Below are positions 43,601 to 53,414 of a stretch of 64,000 nucleotides of DNA, in pieces. Position numbers and translations under genes: made by a program. The notes below the pieces were generated by a model that saw only the letters and a program-made list of their open reading frames with translations, did no database searches and was not told where the DNA came from. Positions within the stretch are counted from its first letter, which is position 1. Each line of letters starts with the position of its first letter. Source of the stretch: Cyanophora paradoxa CCMP329 (lineage: Eukaryota > Plantae > Glaucophyta). Location of the stretch: NCBI GenBank assembly GCA_004431415.1, contig QPMI01000427.1, positions 116,030 through 180,029 of the forward strand. The letters run 5' to 3'.

Positions 43601-46600
43601 GCTTTTGTGTGAGTATGGTCAAAATCTGTTATTTGCGCTTTTGTGTGAGTATGGTCAAAATCTGTGATTTGCGCTTTTGTGTGAGTATGGGCAAAATCTG
43701 TGATCTGATCTTTGGTGTGTGTGTGGTTTTGTATCCAACCTTGAACCACATTAGAGGTTGGATGATGTGGTAAATTTGCATTGCTTATAACTGTAAGGTA
43801 ATCTATTACAGTATCAGGTGAGGTTATTTTTAATCCTCTGTAAATATTCAGAGTCTGGGTATGAGTGAATCCATATTTTTGTTGAATGTAATACCTCACA
43901 GCATTCTTTTCAGAAGTTGTCAAAGCCCTATTGAAAACAATCAACTCGGAAATACCACCATTCACAATATTACCAAATCCGAAATGATTGACAGTATTAT
44001 CTGGTAGATAATTCGTTCCTACAAGTGTTTGAATATCTACTCCATTTAACCCGACTGTGTAGCTGTTTGGAGTAATTGTTTGGTCAGTGTAATACCATGT
44101 ATTTATTAAAGAAGGAACCGTAATAACTGGGCGGGTTTGGGATACTCCATTAATAGTAAACTGGTTCATTCCAATAGCAGTAGAAGATGTTGCCCCATAA
44201 TAACAATATCGTGATGGAGAGGCGCTTCTGTAAAGTCTCAAATGAACTTGCATAGAAGAGGTAGTTGGATGATATTTTCCCACAAAGAAAAATGTAAGCC
44301 CATTTGAGAAATCAATAGTCCTTGTAGCAGAGGTATATGCATAAAAAGTGCCTGTTGGGTTTGAAACACTAACTTGGTTGTTGATTTCGGGATTGGTGTA
44401 ATAGGAACTGGCTCCGGAGATAAACAAGTCTGGAACAACTGAATTCGGGACTCTGCTTACTATAGTTGTATACATTGCTGATTGACCTGGTACTCCTGAT
44501 GCCTTCCAAGCAAAAATGCAGTTCGAGATATTTGATGCTGGATCAAAGCTTGGTGGGACATCATACCATTCTTCGTAAACCTGATTCATGGTATTGAAAT
44601 TGCAAGAGCCAATTGTGAGGATTCCATTTACTTTCAAATTGCTGGTCTCTATATTGCTACTGTAAATATTACTATTAACTGTGAGGTTTCCTGTGATTGT
44701 CCCACCCACAAGAGGGAGATATTTGGATAGTTCTGCTGCAAGTTCAGCTTCTGTAATAAATTGATCAAGCATAGCAAGGGTTACAAAATTAACAAGGATT
44801 ACTGCAGTAAGGTAATCCTCTGTGACCACTCTCGAAATATTTTCGTTGTGTATGTTTTTTGCAGCCATCCTCTGATTGGCTTCCAGAACCCCACCATAAT
44901 CTGTTTTAATCCATGCAAGCTCTGCCCTCCCATAATTATCATTTGCAGTTCCCACTATGGGAATGTAGGAATATTTATCTCTGCTGAATACTATCATTGG
45001 TCTTGAGCCATCCAAACTGCTTACATCTGCTACATGAACCTGTATAGCAGAGTTGAAATTTTGGTAGGTTGCTGGGTCTGTTGGGACTCTGAATGTATCT
45101 GTGGGAATGTCAGCCTCCATGTAGCTTGACACAAAGATATTTGGTATGGTTGCTCCTGGTTCAGGTGGTGGATCATAAGAGCCTGGTAATGTCCTAATAT
45201 GAAGTGGTCCTCTCATAGCTGAATTCGCAAGTGTCCCATTCACATGAACATAGTGGTGATTCAAAAAGATCCTTTCAGGGACATTGCAAGTCTGGTAAAG
45301 AGAAACTCCCAGAGTAGCAAGAGGCTCAACTTTTGCAAATTCTGGTTGGTCATTGATCTCATCCCAGGTGTGTTCATGGTTGCTTGCTGCAAACTTATCT
45401 GGAATCCCATCAATATCACCCCAATCATGCCTGTGGTCTTCTGGTGGGTATTTCTGTGGTTTGCCTAAGATCTCATCCCAGTCATGATTGTGATCCTCTG
45501 GGGGATACTTTGCAGGTTTATTATTAATTTGTTCATAATCAGGAAAGAACTCCCAGATCTCAGGTCGAAATCCATCTGGTAATAGTTCCTCATGGGGTTC
45601 ATAAGGTTGCTCATAGTCAACAGCTGGTGGATCATGCCCATCTGGCAAATACTCCTCATCAGGTTCATAGTTCTGCTCATACTCAAACTCTTGAGGATCT
45701 AAGCCATCTGGTAGTATCTCCTCCTCATTGGGGTCAAATTGATCATATTCATATTCTTGTGGGTCAAAACCATCTGGTAAATACTCTTCCTCATCTGGGA
45801 CGAATTGATATTCATCAAGCTCTAATATATCGACTTCAGGAGGTAAATACTGCTCATCTATTTGCTTTCTTGGTTCAATTATAGGTTTATTGCGAACTTG
45901 CTCCCAACTAACAATATGCTGCCCAAAAGCAACTGTCTCATCTGCTGTGTACTCTCTGCCTGGTTGCTTTTTCGGTGTTAAATCCGGTGGATCCCATGGA
46001 AGAGGGAAGGGAACTGGGACAGGTCCATAATACTCAAAGATCTCTCTTATGGTCTTCTCACTTACAAGCTTCTCACCATTTGCATACACATTACTGCCAT
46101 GGATATTTCGCCATTGCCTGGTTCTAATTCCAAGGTCTTTCACATTGCTATACAAAGGCAAAAGGTGCCTATCCATTTCGACTAAATCAGGATGTAAATG
46201 GATTGCTACTGGTTGACTGGGGCTACTGTTGATTGTAATTGATGGCTTTTTTTGATGGACATCTTTTGGAGTAAAGAACCCAAAAGGCTCATTCCTTGCA
46301 AAGTCATATGTAATATCCTTGGGGTAGACATCATTTGTGTAGGAGACCTGATTTGTATTGGCAATGGGACCCACTTGCAATACTTGGGGGACCTCAGCTT
46401 TTGCAATGCTGCCCTCATTGTAAATTCGCAAAGCTGTGTTCTGTTTGCCCTGCTCATCTTGAACATTGAAAATCAATCGACCACTATCGAACCTGGAAGG
46501 TATATCTGGGTGAGTGCCACTGGTTTTTAGTTTCCTAGGTCTCCTTCTTGTTGCTTTGATCTCTGCCACTTGGTTTGCTTTCACATTACCCAAGCTAAAA

Positions 46601-46803
46601 GCAACACTAACTTCCTCCTTATCTGGATCGGTTTGATTCACAGATAAAGCATGCTCCCTTGATTGAGTCTTGGATGAATTATCGGAACTGTGGTCAATCG
46701 AAACTGAACCCTTTACTTTAATATTATCAAAGTTCACATGCTTGGTGCTGCTTGCATTATCATCTTGAATGGTTTCTAGATTTGGTGGGTAATTGAAGCT
46801 CAT
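40657..46803 (-). CDS. Phage-like tail fibre/spike protein with C-terminal peptidase S74 intramolecular chaperone
   Basis: GSDIRYKTDIKKI...RLGLIAQDVQKVIPEVV...LEYTGLIPVLIEAVKEL; HxH fibre repeats; YLPLxGGTxTG motifs; LamG-like ISELIVFNRALTTSE. Confidence 0.88.
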   Translation of the reverse strand: MSFNYPPNLETIQDDNASSTKHVNFDNIKVKGSVSIDHSSDNSSKTQSREHALSVNQTDPDKEEVSVAFSLGNVKANQVAEIKATRRRPRKLKTSGTHPDIPSRFDSGRLIFNVQDEQGKQNTALRIYNEGSIAKAEVPQVLQVGPIANTNQVSYTNDVYPKDITYDFARNEPFGFFTPKDVHQKKPSITINSSPSQPVAIHLHPDLVEMDRHLLPLYSNVKDLGIRTRQWRNIHGSNVYANGEKLVSEKTIREIFEYYGPVPVPFPLPWDPPDLTPKKQPGREYTADETVAFGQHIVSWEQVRNKPIIEPRKQIDEQYLPPEVDILELDEYQFVPDEEEYLPDGFDPQEYEYDQFDPNEEEILPDGLDPQEFEYEQNYEPDEEYLPDGHDPPAVDYEQPYEPHEELLPDGFRPEIWEFFPDYEQINNKPAKYPPEDHNHDWDEILGKPQKYPPEDHRHDWGDIDGIPDKFAASNHEHTWDEINDQPEFAKVEPLATLGVSLYQTCNVPERIFLNHHYVHVNGTLANSAMRGPLHIRTLPGSYDPPPEPGATIPNIFVSSYMEADIPTDTFRVPTDPATYQNFNSAIQVHVADVSSLDGSRPMIVFSRDKYSYIPIVGTANDNYGRAELAWIKTDYGGVLEANQRMAAKNIHNENISRVVTEDYLTAVILVNFVTLAMLDQFITEAELAAELSKYLPLVGGTITGNLTVNSNIYSSNIETSNLKVNGILTIGSCNFNTMNQVYEEWYDVPPSFDPASNISNCIFAWKASGVPGQSAMYTTIVSRVPNSVVPDLFISGASSYYTNPEINNQVSVSNPTGTFYAYTSATRTIDFSNGLTFFFVGKYHPTTSSMQVHLRLYRSASPSRYCYYGATSSTAIGMNQFTINGVSQTRPVITVPSLINTWYYTDQTITPNSYTVGLNGVDIQTLVGTNYLPDNTVNHFGFGNIVNGGISELIVFNRALTTSEKNAVRYYIQQKYGFTHTQTLNIYRGLKITSPDTVIDYLTVISNANLPHHPTSNVVQGWIQNHTHTKDQITDFAHTHTKAQITDFDHTHTKAQITDFDHTHTKAQITDFDHTHTKAQITDFDHTHTKAQITDFDHTHTKAQITDFDHTHTKAQITDFDHTHTKAQITDFDHTHTKAQITDFDHTHTKAQITDFDHTHTKAQITDFDHTHTKAQITDFDHTHTKAQITDFDHTHTKAQITDFDHTHTKAQITDFAHRHNWDEIDEQPVFAQLNAIGNVFNGVTLYQSSNTPERLFLNDHYVSLNGSFTGQDGTPMVGTLAVRLPRDPIVNGVYSGDFNVGINDTFPSIYVTNYHPGETGQVADFSAAIQVNVTDQSAYDGARPKIVFTREKVVNYLPVVGQPTDDHGKCEMAWIKTLSGGALEVNQRMAAKNLHNTTLSGVVTDDYLENKDYVTNTELQLAVTDFVTDTELTEALANYLPLTGGTVTGTVNATTLQIGGTTIPKGYDFDQLDVVSSDRSANNWTVTGWTPRTGQTGCYTTPQNDEDCSGCWMRWIKPEGMKSFYIQHMPWGNCRYFDIYGQTVNGYQHFLKRVNAYQVVQEVNQDGTHNCLLFVSINCEFYKYIYVQGRKGRIHLTGVFGWSRQRATDNELGMISWDNIFSKPSFYSAADLPATAKWTTNTWLKSVDAVERIWFGNGDCTYIRGRPNAENVCIEFRNQDDRDIMKIYKNGDINVNSVNADTDIRILDSKIPYSFMFDYSMNATQYSSISGGWSSGTGTAWDPYYNYGANLYNNESDDQTSSAWVQYTINANFYSSTAFITYLPWSNCRYFEVWGLNRNGNLVFITRVNSYHPYPEAYDGHHNGINNVAIQLGNRFTHLRIVCKVGRVHLMGIGFSRLWYMGSYGGHTGFYHWDNIYSKPNILTGAVGTWFNSSDGYNRIHFGNNTSTYLKGRGDIPLVFRNEQDTDICYMYHGGWMWIGGYLTQGSDIRYKTDIKKITGALSAIEKLEGVSFKRIGSEKDGTRLGLIAQDVQKVIPEVVNVKKDDGYLSLEYTGLIPVLIEAVKELSQKCKDLQDQIDQIKNVKV
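43150..43726 (-). repeat. 16 tandem copies of a 36-bp unit encoding HTHTKAQITDFD
   Basis: aaaatctgtgatttgcgcttttgtgtgagtatggtc recurs every 36 bp from 43153 to 43693. Confidence 0.95.
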
Positions 46804-46846
46804 GGCTTTTACTATATGGATTTATAAAATTCCTGATAAGTAAAAG

Positions 46847-48399
46847 ATGCCCTTGAAAATCTGCCTGTCTTTATCAGGGGAGGTGCAAGGGCATTATCAT
46901 AACCAGGCTGCTCAAAGAAATCGAAAATCGAACTGGCAGGAGAATAATCGATCTTGTGGATCTTGTAAGTGGAACTTCCACTGGTGGGATCATTGCAATA
47001 GGTTTGAATATAAGGCATCCTGATAAACCAGGTGAACCTAAACTGACAGCAAACGATTTACACAATATTTACCTAACTCAACTGCCCTTGATTTTCGCAA
47101 ATCCTCGAAATATCATCGAAAATGCCCTATTTAACACAAAGTATGATGTGGGACCCTTGGAAACTGCAATCAATTCAGTTACTGGTGAATCACTAATACA
47201 GGATTCCTTAAAGGACATTGTGATTACATCCTTTGATACTCAGAATATGAAACCAATATTTATCACAAATGACAACAATTACAACTTTATGCCTTGTAAG
47301 ATTGCTGCTAGGGCTACTTCTGCTGCTCCTACATATTTCTCTCCTGTAAGCATTGTTGATTTCAATCAGGGGTATTTGTCTGTCTCATTGATGGTGCCAT
47401 TTCGGGAAACAATAATCCCAGTGTGTGTGGTTACAGCCATGCAAAGAAGATTTACAGTGATGATGATGATATTATAGTAATAAGCATCTCTTGTGGTGAG
47501 GTGGACCCACATTTAGAGTCTGATTATGTGGGTTATGCTTATGAGACTGTAAACAGCTGGGGAATTCTCTCATGGATTGCCTCAACAGATGGAAGCCCAT
47601 TGATTAACATGCTCATGGCTGCAAGTGAGCTTTCTGCCCTTGATAAGATGGAGGAGTTGTTACCCTACAACTATGATCAGGATTATGGGAGATACTATAG
47701 GCTATCAGTCCCACTTCCAAATCACATAGTAAGCTCCCTTGATGACACTTCTAAAATCCCAGATATGCTAGCATTCACTGAAACATACATTGCAGCAAAC
47801 AATGATATGATTAATAAGCTTTGCAGCCTACTAGTAGCAAACTATGAACTAAAGAACCCTACAAAGGCTTACATCTCATCCACTCTCACTACATCACCTC
47901 CTTTGGATGCTAATTGGTATCAGCTTGCAGATGATGCCTTTACTGCCTCATCCTCTGTGACAGGTAAAGAGCCTTTCATGGCTAGACCTTCAGCATTTGG
48001 CTGGAAGCTGGAGCCTATGCTCCTGAACAGATATGGGAAACCCCCACTGAATACCTTCAAGTTGCTTTCCCGTATACTTTTGAACTCTCTTCTGTGATTG
48101 CCTATGGATCAGGGGACACCAATGCTTTTATTAAGACTTTCAATGTGGCAACATCCACTGATGGGATCAACTGGTCTTTTATTCGATCAGATGGGCAGAA
48201 CAAAATGTATATGTGTGAGAACATTAACAATGCTCACAACTCTGGTGATGTGGCTCTATTGAGTGGATTTCCTCTCAGCATCAAGGATGCTTTTTACATA
48301 GGTTTCTCTCTCAGAATTAAATATATTCGCATTTATCCCCTTGTGTATGTGAATGCTCCCACAATGAGAGTTGATTTCACAGGTGCCTTTATTCGATAA
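46847..48399 (+). CDS. Patatin-like phospholipase fused to a discoidin (F5/8 type C) domain, split by several frameshifts
   Basis: LSLSGGGA Gly-rich motif, GTSTG nucleophile, ARATSAAPTYF, IDGA...NNP; C-terminal FTASS...STDGINW...KYIRIYP...TMRVDF. Confidence 0.8.
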
Positions 48400-49321
48400 A
48401 CTCCAACTGAAAAGAATTATCGATTCCATTCATATCAATCAGTTCACCAAAGTAATCTTTAAACTCAACTGTGAGTTCCCTTATCACCAGGTTTCTGTCA
48501 TTGATTTGAATAAATTCTGCATGTTCACCACTATGGTAAACATAGCCACCTATATCTTTACTCAATTGTAATCTAAGGATAGCTCCCTGGTTTTGTGGTT
48601 GCGATTTCGGAATTATATTGTGTCTGCTGGCAAAGGGGGCTAGCTCTTTAATATGCATGTATAGATACTGCTCAGCATTCATATCAGACATCTTATTACT
48701 GGTGAAATAATACTGCAAGGGCTTAGATGAGAGTCTGGGTCCTGAAAAGGTGGTTCCCCATGCTGGGTGATCAGGTGTAATAGGTTTGCCATCATACTTT
48801 AACAGGTTCTCAGGTCGATAGGGTGATCCACCAACAGGAGGAGTGCTATAATACCCATTGGTGTATTCAGTAGAACTTACACCCAAAAGCTTCCCTATTC
48901 TCTGGTTGCTTGCAATAAAACGAAACTCATGGTTACTGTAAAACTCCACTTTATAGGTAGTTGGGTTATAGAATATCTTGAACTCAAAAGCTACTGTTTT
49001 GCCTGCAATGGTTTGGAAGCTTGAATAGTTCAGCCCATAATTATAAGGGTGTGTTACCCCAAAATGACCCTGATTGATGTAGCCACTGGGAAGGGGATAC
49101 ACTTGTTGTGTGATCACTTGGTTATATGAACCATCTTGGTAGTTAAAATCAACTGTTAAATGATCAGTTCCCACACTGTTATAGATACTGTTTGGAATCT
49201 CTGCATATAGAACCCTGCATTCCCTTGGTCTCTCTACTGGAGTTGTGAGGGTGACCCTGTAAGAGTTTTCAGATTCCCCTTGGCTTCTATCCCTGCTATC
49301 AATATTAACAAGTCGATTCAT
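48389..49321 (-). CDS. Minor capsid (penton-like) protein
   Basis: NIDSRDR...YRVTL...AEIPNSIYN; LTVEFKDYFGELIDMNGIDNSFQLEF. Confidence 0.8.
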   Translation of the reverse strand: MNRLVNIDSRDRSQGESENSYRVTLTTPVERPRECRVLYAEIPNSIYNSVGTDHLTVDFNYQDGSYNQVITQQVYPLPSGYINQGHFGVTHPYNYGLNYSSFQTIAGKTVAFEFKIFYNPTTYKVEFYSNHEFRFIASNQRIGKLLGVSSTEYTNGYYSTPPVGGSPYRPENLLKYDGKPITPDHPAWGTTFSGPRLSSKPLQYYFTSNKMSDMNAEQYLYMHIKELAPFASRHNIIPKSQPQNQGAILRLQLSKDIGGYVYHSGEHAEFIQINDRNLVIRELTVEFKDYFGELIDMNGIDNSFQLEFIE

Positions 49322-49350
49322 TTTAATATATAAATATAGATAAAAGAAGA

Positions 49351-50361
49351 ATGCCTGTGGATTACATCGAGGTTAGCTCATTTAATACAATCTCTGGTGA
49401 TGGTCCCACATCAAGCTTTGTGGCTAGACTCCCAAGTTCTTATGAGAATGTGAGGGCTGTGAGACTGGTATCAGCCGAATTTTATAACAGCATCCCTATG
49501 GTGAGTGGGGAAACCAAAGTAGGAGATGTAACAATCGACAATTCATTTAGTATTTACTATTCTGAAGAACTTGCAGGAGCTGGAATTGATGGTATCCCCA
49601 CAGTTCGCCCAGCTGAGGACTTTGAACAGTGGAAACAAATCATTATAAGTCGCAAAGCCCCCATCCAAAGCCACCAACAACTGGTGAATGTTATTAATGA
49701 AAAGTTCGATTTAAAAAATCCTAAACCATCTCTTCGCTGCAAATGGGATGAGTCACTGAAACGAATAGTATTCCATTCCGAAAAAAAGTTTTACCTGGCT
49801 TTCTCACTTGCTGTAAATCCAAACCTGCAAACAATTCAAAAGCTATTGAGTTCAGGTAGACTGCTTGGTCTTGATCCTGGAAGATATGGCAATTCCTCAA
49901 TCCAATCACAAGTTTATGATGCTCTCACTGATGGTATCTTTACTGGGACTCGAGTGAACGGTATTCTATCTTCTTTTGAGCCTGAGAAGACCAGGGACAG
50001 TGTTTTGTTTGTGAGAGTAAAGGAGCTGGGTGATCTGGTGCAATGTGGGGATGGTCTTCTGACTGGTTACTTCCATAAAATAGTGGTCCCTGACAAAGAC
50101 TATGGTGAGCATGTAGTTTACAATTCGACAGAGGCTCATCCACTTTACAAATACTATAATAAGAAGGTTGGATTATCCACTTTCTCGGTTGATATTGTAA
50201 ATGCTATTAATGAACCAATTGATTTTGAGGGTCAACCTGTTCATCTGACCTTTGAAATTCGCTATGGTGATGAGCCAGCTGGGGACCCAGTTTATGAATA
50301 CTTTAAGATGAGAATGTCACAGCTTCACCCTTCCTATCCAGTTATTACAAGCTTCGCATAA
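49351..50361 (+). CDS. Second minor capsid (penton-like) protein
   Basis: FVARLPSSYENVRAVRLVSAEFYN; FSVDIVNAINEPIDFEGQPVHLTFEI. Confidence 0.78.
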   Translation: MPVDYIEVSSFNTISGDGPTSSFVARLPSSYENVRAVRLVSAEFYNSIPMVSGETKVGDVTIDNSFSIYYSEELAGAGIDGIPTVRPAEDFEQWKQIIISRKAPIQSHQQLVNVINEKFDLKNPKPSLRCKWDESLKRIVFHSEKKFYLAFSLAVNPNLQTIQKLLSSGRLLGLDPGRYGNSSIQSQVYDALTDGIFTGTRVNGILSSFEPEKTRDSVLFVRVKELGDLVQCGDGLLTGYFHKIVVPDKDYGEHVVYNSTEAHPLYKYYNKKVGLSTFSVDIVNAINEPIDFEGQPVHLTFEIRYGDEPAGDPVYEYFKMRMSQLHPSYPVITSFA

Positions 50362-50414
50362 ATTAAGGATCATTGGTAGATTTTTTATGTTGCAGTATAA
50401 TAAAAGAGAATATA

Positions 50415-51782
50415 ATGGATATCACTTCCACTCTTCAAAGACTTTCGCTGAAAGAAGCCCTAACAACCCCAGAGGAGGCGAAAGCCTTTTTCCTGGATAA
50501 CTCCCTTATGCTTGGTCTCGAATCCAAGTCTAAGCCAGTTCTAGTTGTTGTGAATCCCAGCAATACTTTTGAGAATAATGTTGGAAATCGCATTTCCTTC
50601 AAGCTACCTCGCTACAATTTCTGTGGAAAACTCGAACTTGCTTTCGACCTTCCAGCCATCACTTTTGCTGGTGATACGGACCTTGTTCGCAATGGATACA
50701 CTCGCCCTGTTGGTGCTTTAGTTCAGCGACTTGAAATTACCTATGGATCTTACACCTACCACATTCCTTCTGATTTCCTTGCTCATTTCCCCCTGGTCTA
50801 TTATTCGGAGGATCAACTAGCTAAAAAGAAACGATCAATGGGCATGGTTCATGGTATCCCTGCTCATGGAACCAACCGACTTGGTGGCTCATTTTTCGTT
50901 GAAATCCCTGTGCCTTGGCTAAATCACTATCTTCCCCTTGGTGCTTTATCTGGTGAAATGGTTGTTACTGTTTGGTTTAAGGATGCTGATAAGGGTTATG
51001 TTGAAACTTCCTATGGTGGTCGTGAACTCACAACTGCTGTTGGAACTGTTGATGCAACTGCTGATGATGGTCTTGGAAACTTTACAGATGGAACCCTTGC
51101 CCATGTTGGTCAAAATATCACAACTTTCAGTCTTGGTGCAACAACCCCTGTCATTTCTATTACTTCTCCTCGCCTTTACATGCATGCTATTAATGTTTCT
51201 GATGAGCTTTTCGCTACTGTAATTGAAAAAGTAAAGACTACTGGCATGGCTATTCCTGCTCTAGACATTGGATTTGTAGATGCTAGTGCTTTCCCTGCCA
51301 AGGGCAATGCCCAACCCAATCGAATTAACCTCTCTCAAATCTCAGGTCTTGTATATGCTCTGCTTGTTTCAGTTCGTGATAATGCAACTGTTGATAAATC
51401 CAATGGCTCCCACAGTGTTCTTAAGACCTATGCCAACTCCAAAGACATAACATTCACAACTGAAATAAATGGACAGCGACTTTTTGCCACTGAGCCAATT
51501 TCCCTACTCAAAGGTGCTGAGCTAATTGCTGATGCCTTCAAATGCTCTAACATGGACAAGGTTGCTGATCGCTATGTCCTTTCAGGACTCCCATTCTGCC
51601 TTGATGGAGAAAAGGCAATTCGAAATATTGCCCAGTCTGGTTATGTTGATTTAACAAATTCCTCTTCTTCCTTCCTCACCCTCTACATGCCTTCAGATAA
51701 GGTAATCGATGTTAATGTTCGCGCTCTCATGCATTCGTTCATAATTGTAGACAAAGATGGATTACGTCGTATAAATTTGTAG
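50415..51782 (+). CDS. Major capsid protein (double jelly-roll, PLV type)
   Basis: 455 aa beta-rich; GNRISFKLPR...LELAFDLP...LVQRLEITYG, YLPLGAL; located between minor capsid protein and packaging ATPase. Confidence 0.85.
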   Translation: MDITSTLQRLSLKEALTTPEEAKAFFLDNSLMLGLESKSKPVLVVVNPSNTFENNVGNRISFKLPRYNFCGKLELAFDLPAITFAGDTDLVRNGYTRPVGALVQRLEITYGSYTYHIPSDFLAHFPLVYYSEDQLAKKKRSMGMVHGIPAHGTNRLGGSFFVEIPVPWLNHYLPLGALSGEMVVTVWFKDADKGYVETSYGGRELTTAVGTVDATADDGLGNFTDGTLAHVGQNITTFSLGATTPVISITSPRLYMHAINVSDELFATVIEKVKTTGMAIPALDIGFVDASAFPAKGNAQPNRINLSQISGLVYALLVSVRDNATVDKSNGSHSVLKTYANSKDITFTTEINGQRLFATEPISLLKGAELIADAFKCSNMDKVADRYVLSGLPFCLDGEKAIRNIAQSGYVDLTNSSSSFLTLYMPSDKVIDVNVRALMHSFIIVDKDGLRRINL

Positions 51783-51847
51783 ATTGTTACGATATTCAGT
51801 CACCATGCATTATTTTTATCTGTATTTATTTAGAAAGATATACAACA

Positions 51848-52543
51848 ATGAATGATTTGGATGAATTTGTGGCTGGTGAAATGATAGAACCACCATTTCG
51901 AGTCCTAGCAATTGGGAAATCAGCAACTGGTAAATCAGAAGCTGTAAAATATTGGTTGAAGCAGTTGCATGATGCCAAAAAGATTGATGTTGTATTAGTT
52001 GTGAGTGGAACCAGCTTCAATCATTTCTGGGATAAAGTTGCAACATTGCAACTGGGAAAATGGGATGCCCCTTACATTGCTAAATTGCTAGATGAAAGGC
52101 AAGAGAAAATAGAAAAAGGTGAACCTGTTAACCAGTTATGTGTGGTTCTAGATGATTTAATCGATAATGAGATTGTAGACCTAACTCGTGATAAAATTAT
52201 TGGCTCTCTGTATTCCAGAGGTCGCCATTCGAAAATATCCATTATCTGCATCACACAAAAGCTAAGGAAAGTCTCGTCGACTATTCGAGTTAATTCTGAC
52301 TATGCTATGTTTCTCAGTGCTGCTAATCGCAAAGAACTTGAAGCCATAGAGGAAGAATACAATATAATGCGAAATAAAGAGGATTTCTACAAGATGTTTG
52401 AAGAGTATGTTCACTCCTATCAATATATCATTTGGTCCTCTGCAAACTACTCAGTTAAATACTATGTAGATAAAGCTGAGCTTGTGAAAGATTTCCCATT
52501 TCCTCGCTTCCACAGGAAGCCAAAAAGAAAGAGGATGAACTGA
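51848..52543 (+). CDS. A32/FtsK-HerA genome packaging ATPase
   Basis: GKSATGKS, VVLDDL, RGRH, ITQK, IRVN. Confidence 0.92.
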   Translation: MNDLDEFVAGEMIEPPFRVLAIGKSATGKSEAVKYWLKQLHDAKKIDVVLVVSGTSFNHFWDKVATLQLGKWDAPYIAKLLDERQEKIEKGEPVNQLCVVLDDLIDNEIVDLTRDKIIGSLYSRGRHSKISIICITQKLRKVSSTIRVNSDYAMFLSAANRKELEAIEEEYNIMRNKEDFYKMFEEYVHSYQYIIWSSANYSVKYYVDKAELVKDFPFPRFHRKPKRKRMN

Positions 52544-52657
52544 AACCACCAGAAAAAGAGGAAGCCCCCAAAGAAGTGAAAAGCCAAGTCCATAGCAATA
52601 AATTGATGCGATATAAACGCGGTTTATAAAATTATCTCTCATTCTAATAAAGATACA

Positions 52658-53392
52658 ATGCCTCCCAAACGAAAGATAGGGATTCCAGCTGGGGCTGTTG
52701 GCTATTCAGGTGGTGGAAACAATGGATCCATTAACACAGATCCACTGAAGTTCAATGGTATGAATGAGGTAAAGCCCTCACAGCAAGAAGAGGACCCTCT
52801 TAATGCTGCCTATGAGGAATCAGTCGATGACAAAGCCCCACAAGCTTCAACCAGTGACCAACTCAACATCTCACCTGAAGCTTCGAAAATGAAAGCTGTT
52901 GCTGAGGGTGCCAGGCGAATTATTGGTGCTGCTGATGATAAAGGTTTAGGCTTGCAAGATCTGTCATTGGCTCGCAAAGGTGAAGGTCTTAGTAAGGAAT
53001 CAGACAAGGTAATCCAGTCTATGGCTGGTGAAGTCACATATAAGACTGCTCCCACTCAAAATATTCATCGAATTCCCAAGGCTCAATGGGATGAGATGAC
53101 TGCTAAACTCAAAGACTTGGAAGCCAAATCCAGTGCCTTGGAGCAGTATGTTACTGAGAAGAAAGAGAGAGCTAAGCTAAAGGAGATGCTTCGAAAGGAA
53201 GTTTATAAAATGGGTATTACTGGTGTCCCAGATAAACAGTTTATTGCTAAGAAAGAGACCCAAATCGATGAGCAGGCAGTAGATGAAATGAAAACAAAGA
53301 CCCAAAAGGGAACTATTGAACCTGGTGCCACCAAAGCTGAAGTAGAAAAGGGAGTAGCCCCAGCAGTATATAAAAGACGAGTTTGGCTTTAA
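52658..53392 (+). CDS. Conserved hypothetical protein
   Basis: Homologue of 32089-32772. Confidence 0.75.
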   Translation: MPPKRKIGIPAGAVGYSGGGNNGSINTDPLKFNGMNEVKPSQQEEDPLNAAYEESVDDKAPQASTSDQLNISPEASKMKAVAEGARRIIGAADDKGLGLQDLSLARKGEGLSKESDKVIQSMAGEVTYKTAPTQNIHRIPKAQWDEMTAKLKDLEAKSSALEQYVTEKKERAKLKEMLRKEVYKMGITGVPDKQFIAKKETQIDEQAVDEMKTKTQKGTIEPGATKAEVEKGVAPAVYKRRVWL

Positions 53393-53414
53393 TTATCTCT
53401 GTTTTATTAGAGAT

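Noticed and set aside
43150-43726. 36-bp repeat resembling CRISPR repeat length
   Set aside because: Units are contiguous with no spacers, in frame within a fibre gene; no cas genes
43057-43773. Plus-strand 238-aa ORF (MVKICDLRFCVS repeats)
   Set aside because: Antisense shadow of the fibre repeat array
2559-46803. Possible diversity-generating retroelement (RT plus fibre with duplicated modules)
   Set aside because: RT belongs to a YR retrotransposon with RNase H; duplicated fibre modules are old protein-level paralogues, not a near-identical TR/VR pair with adenine-specific differences
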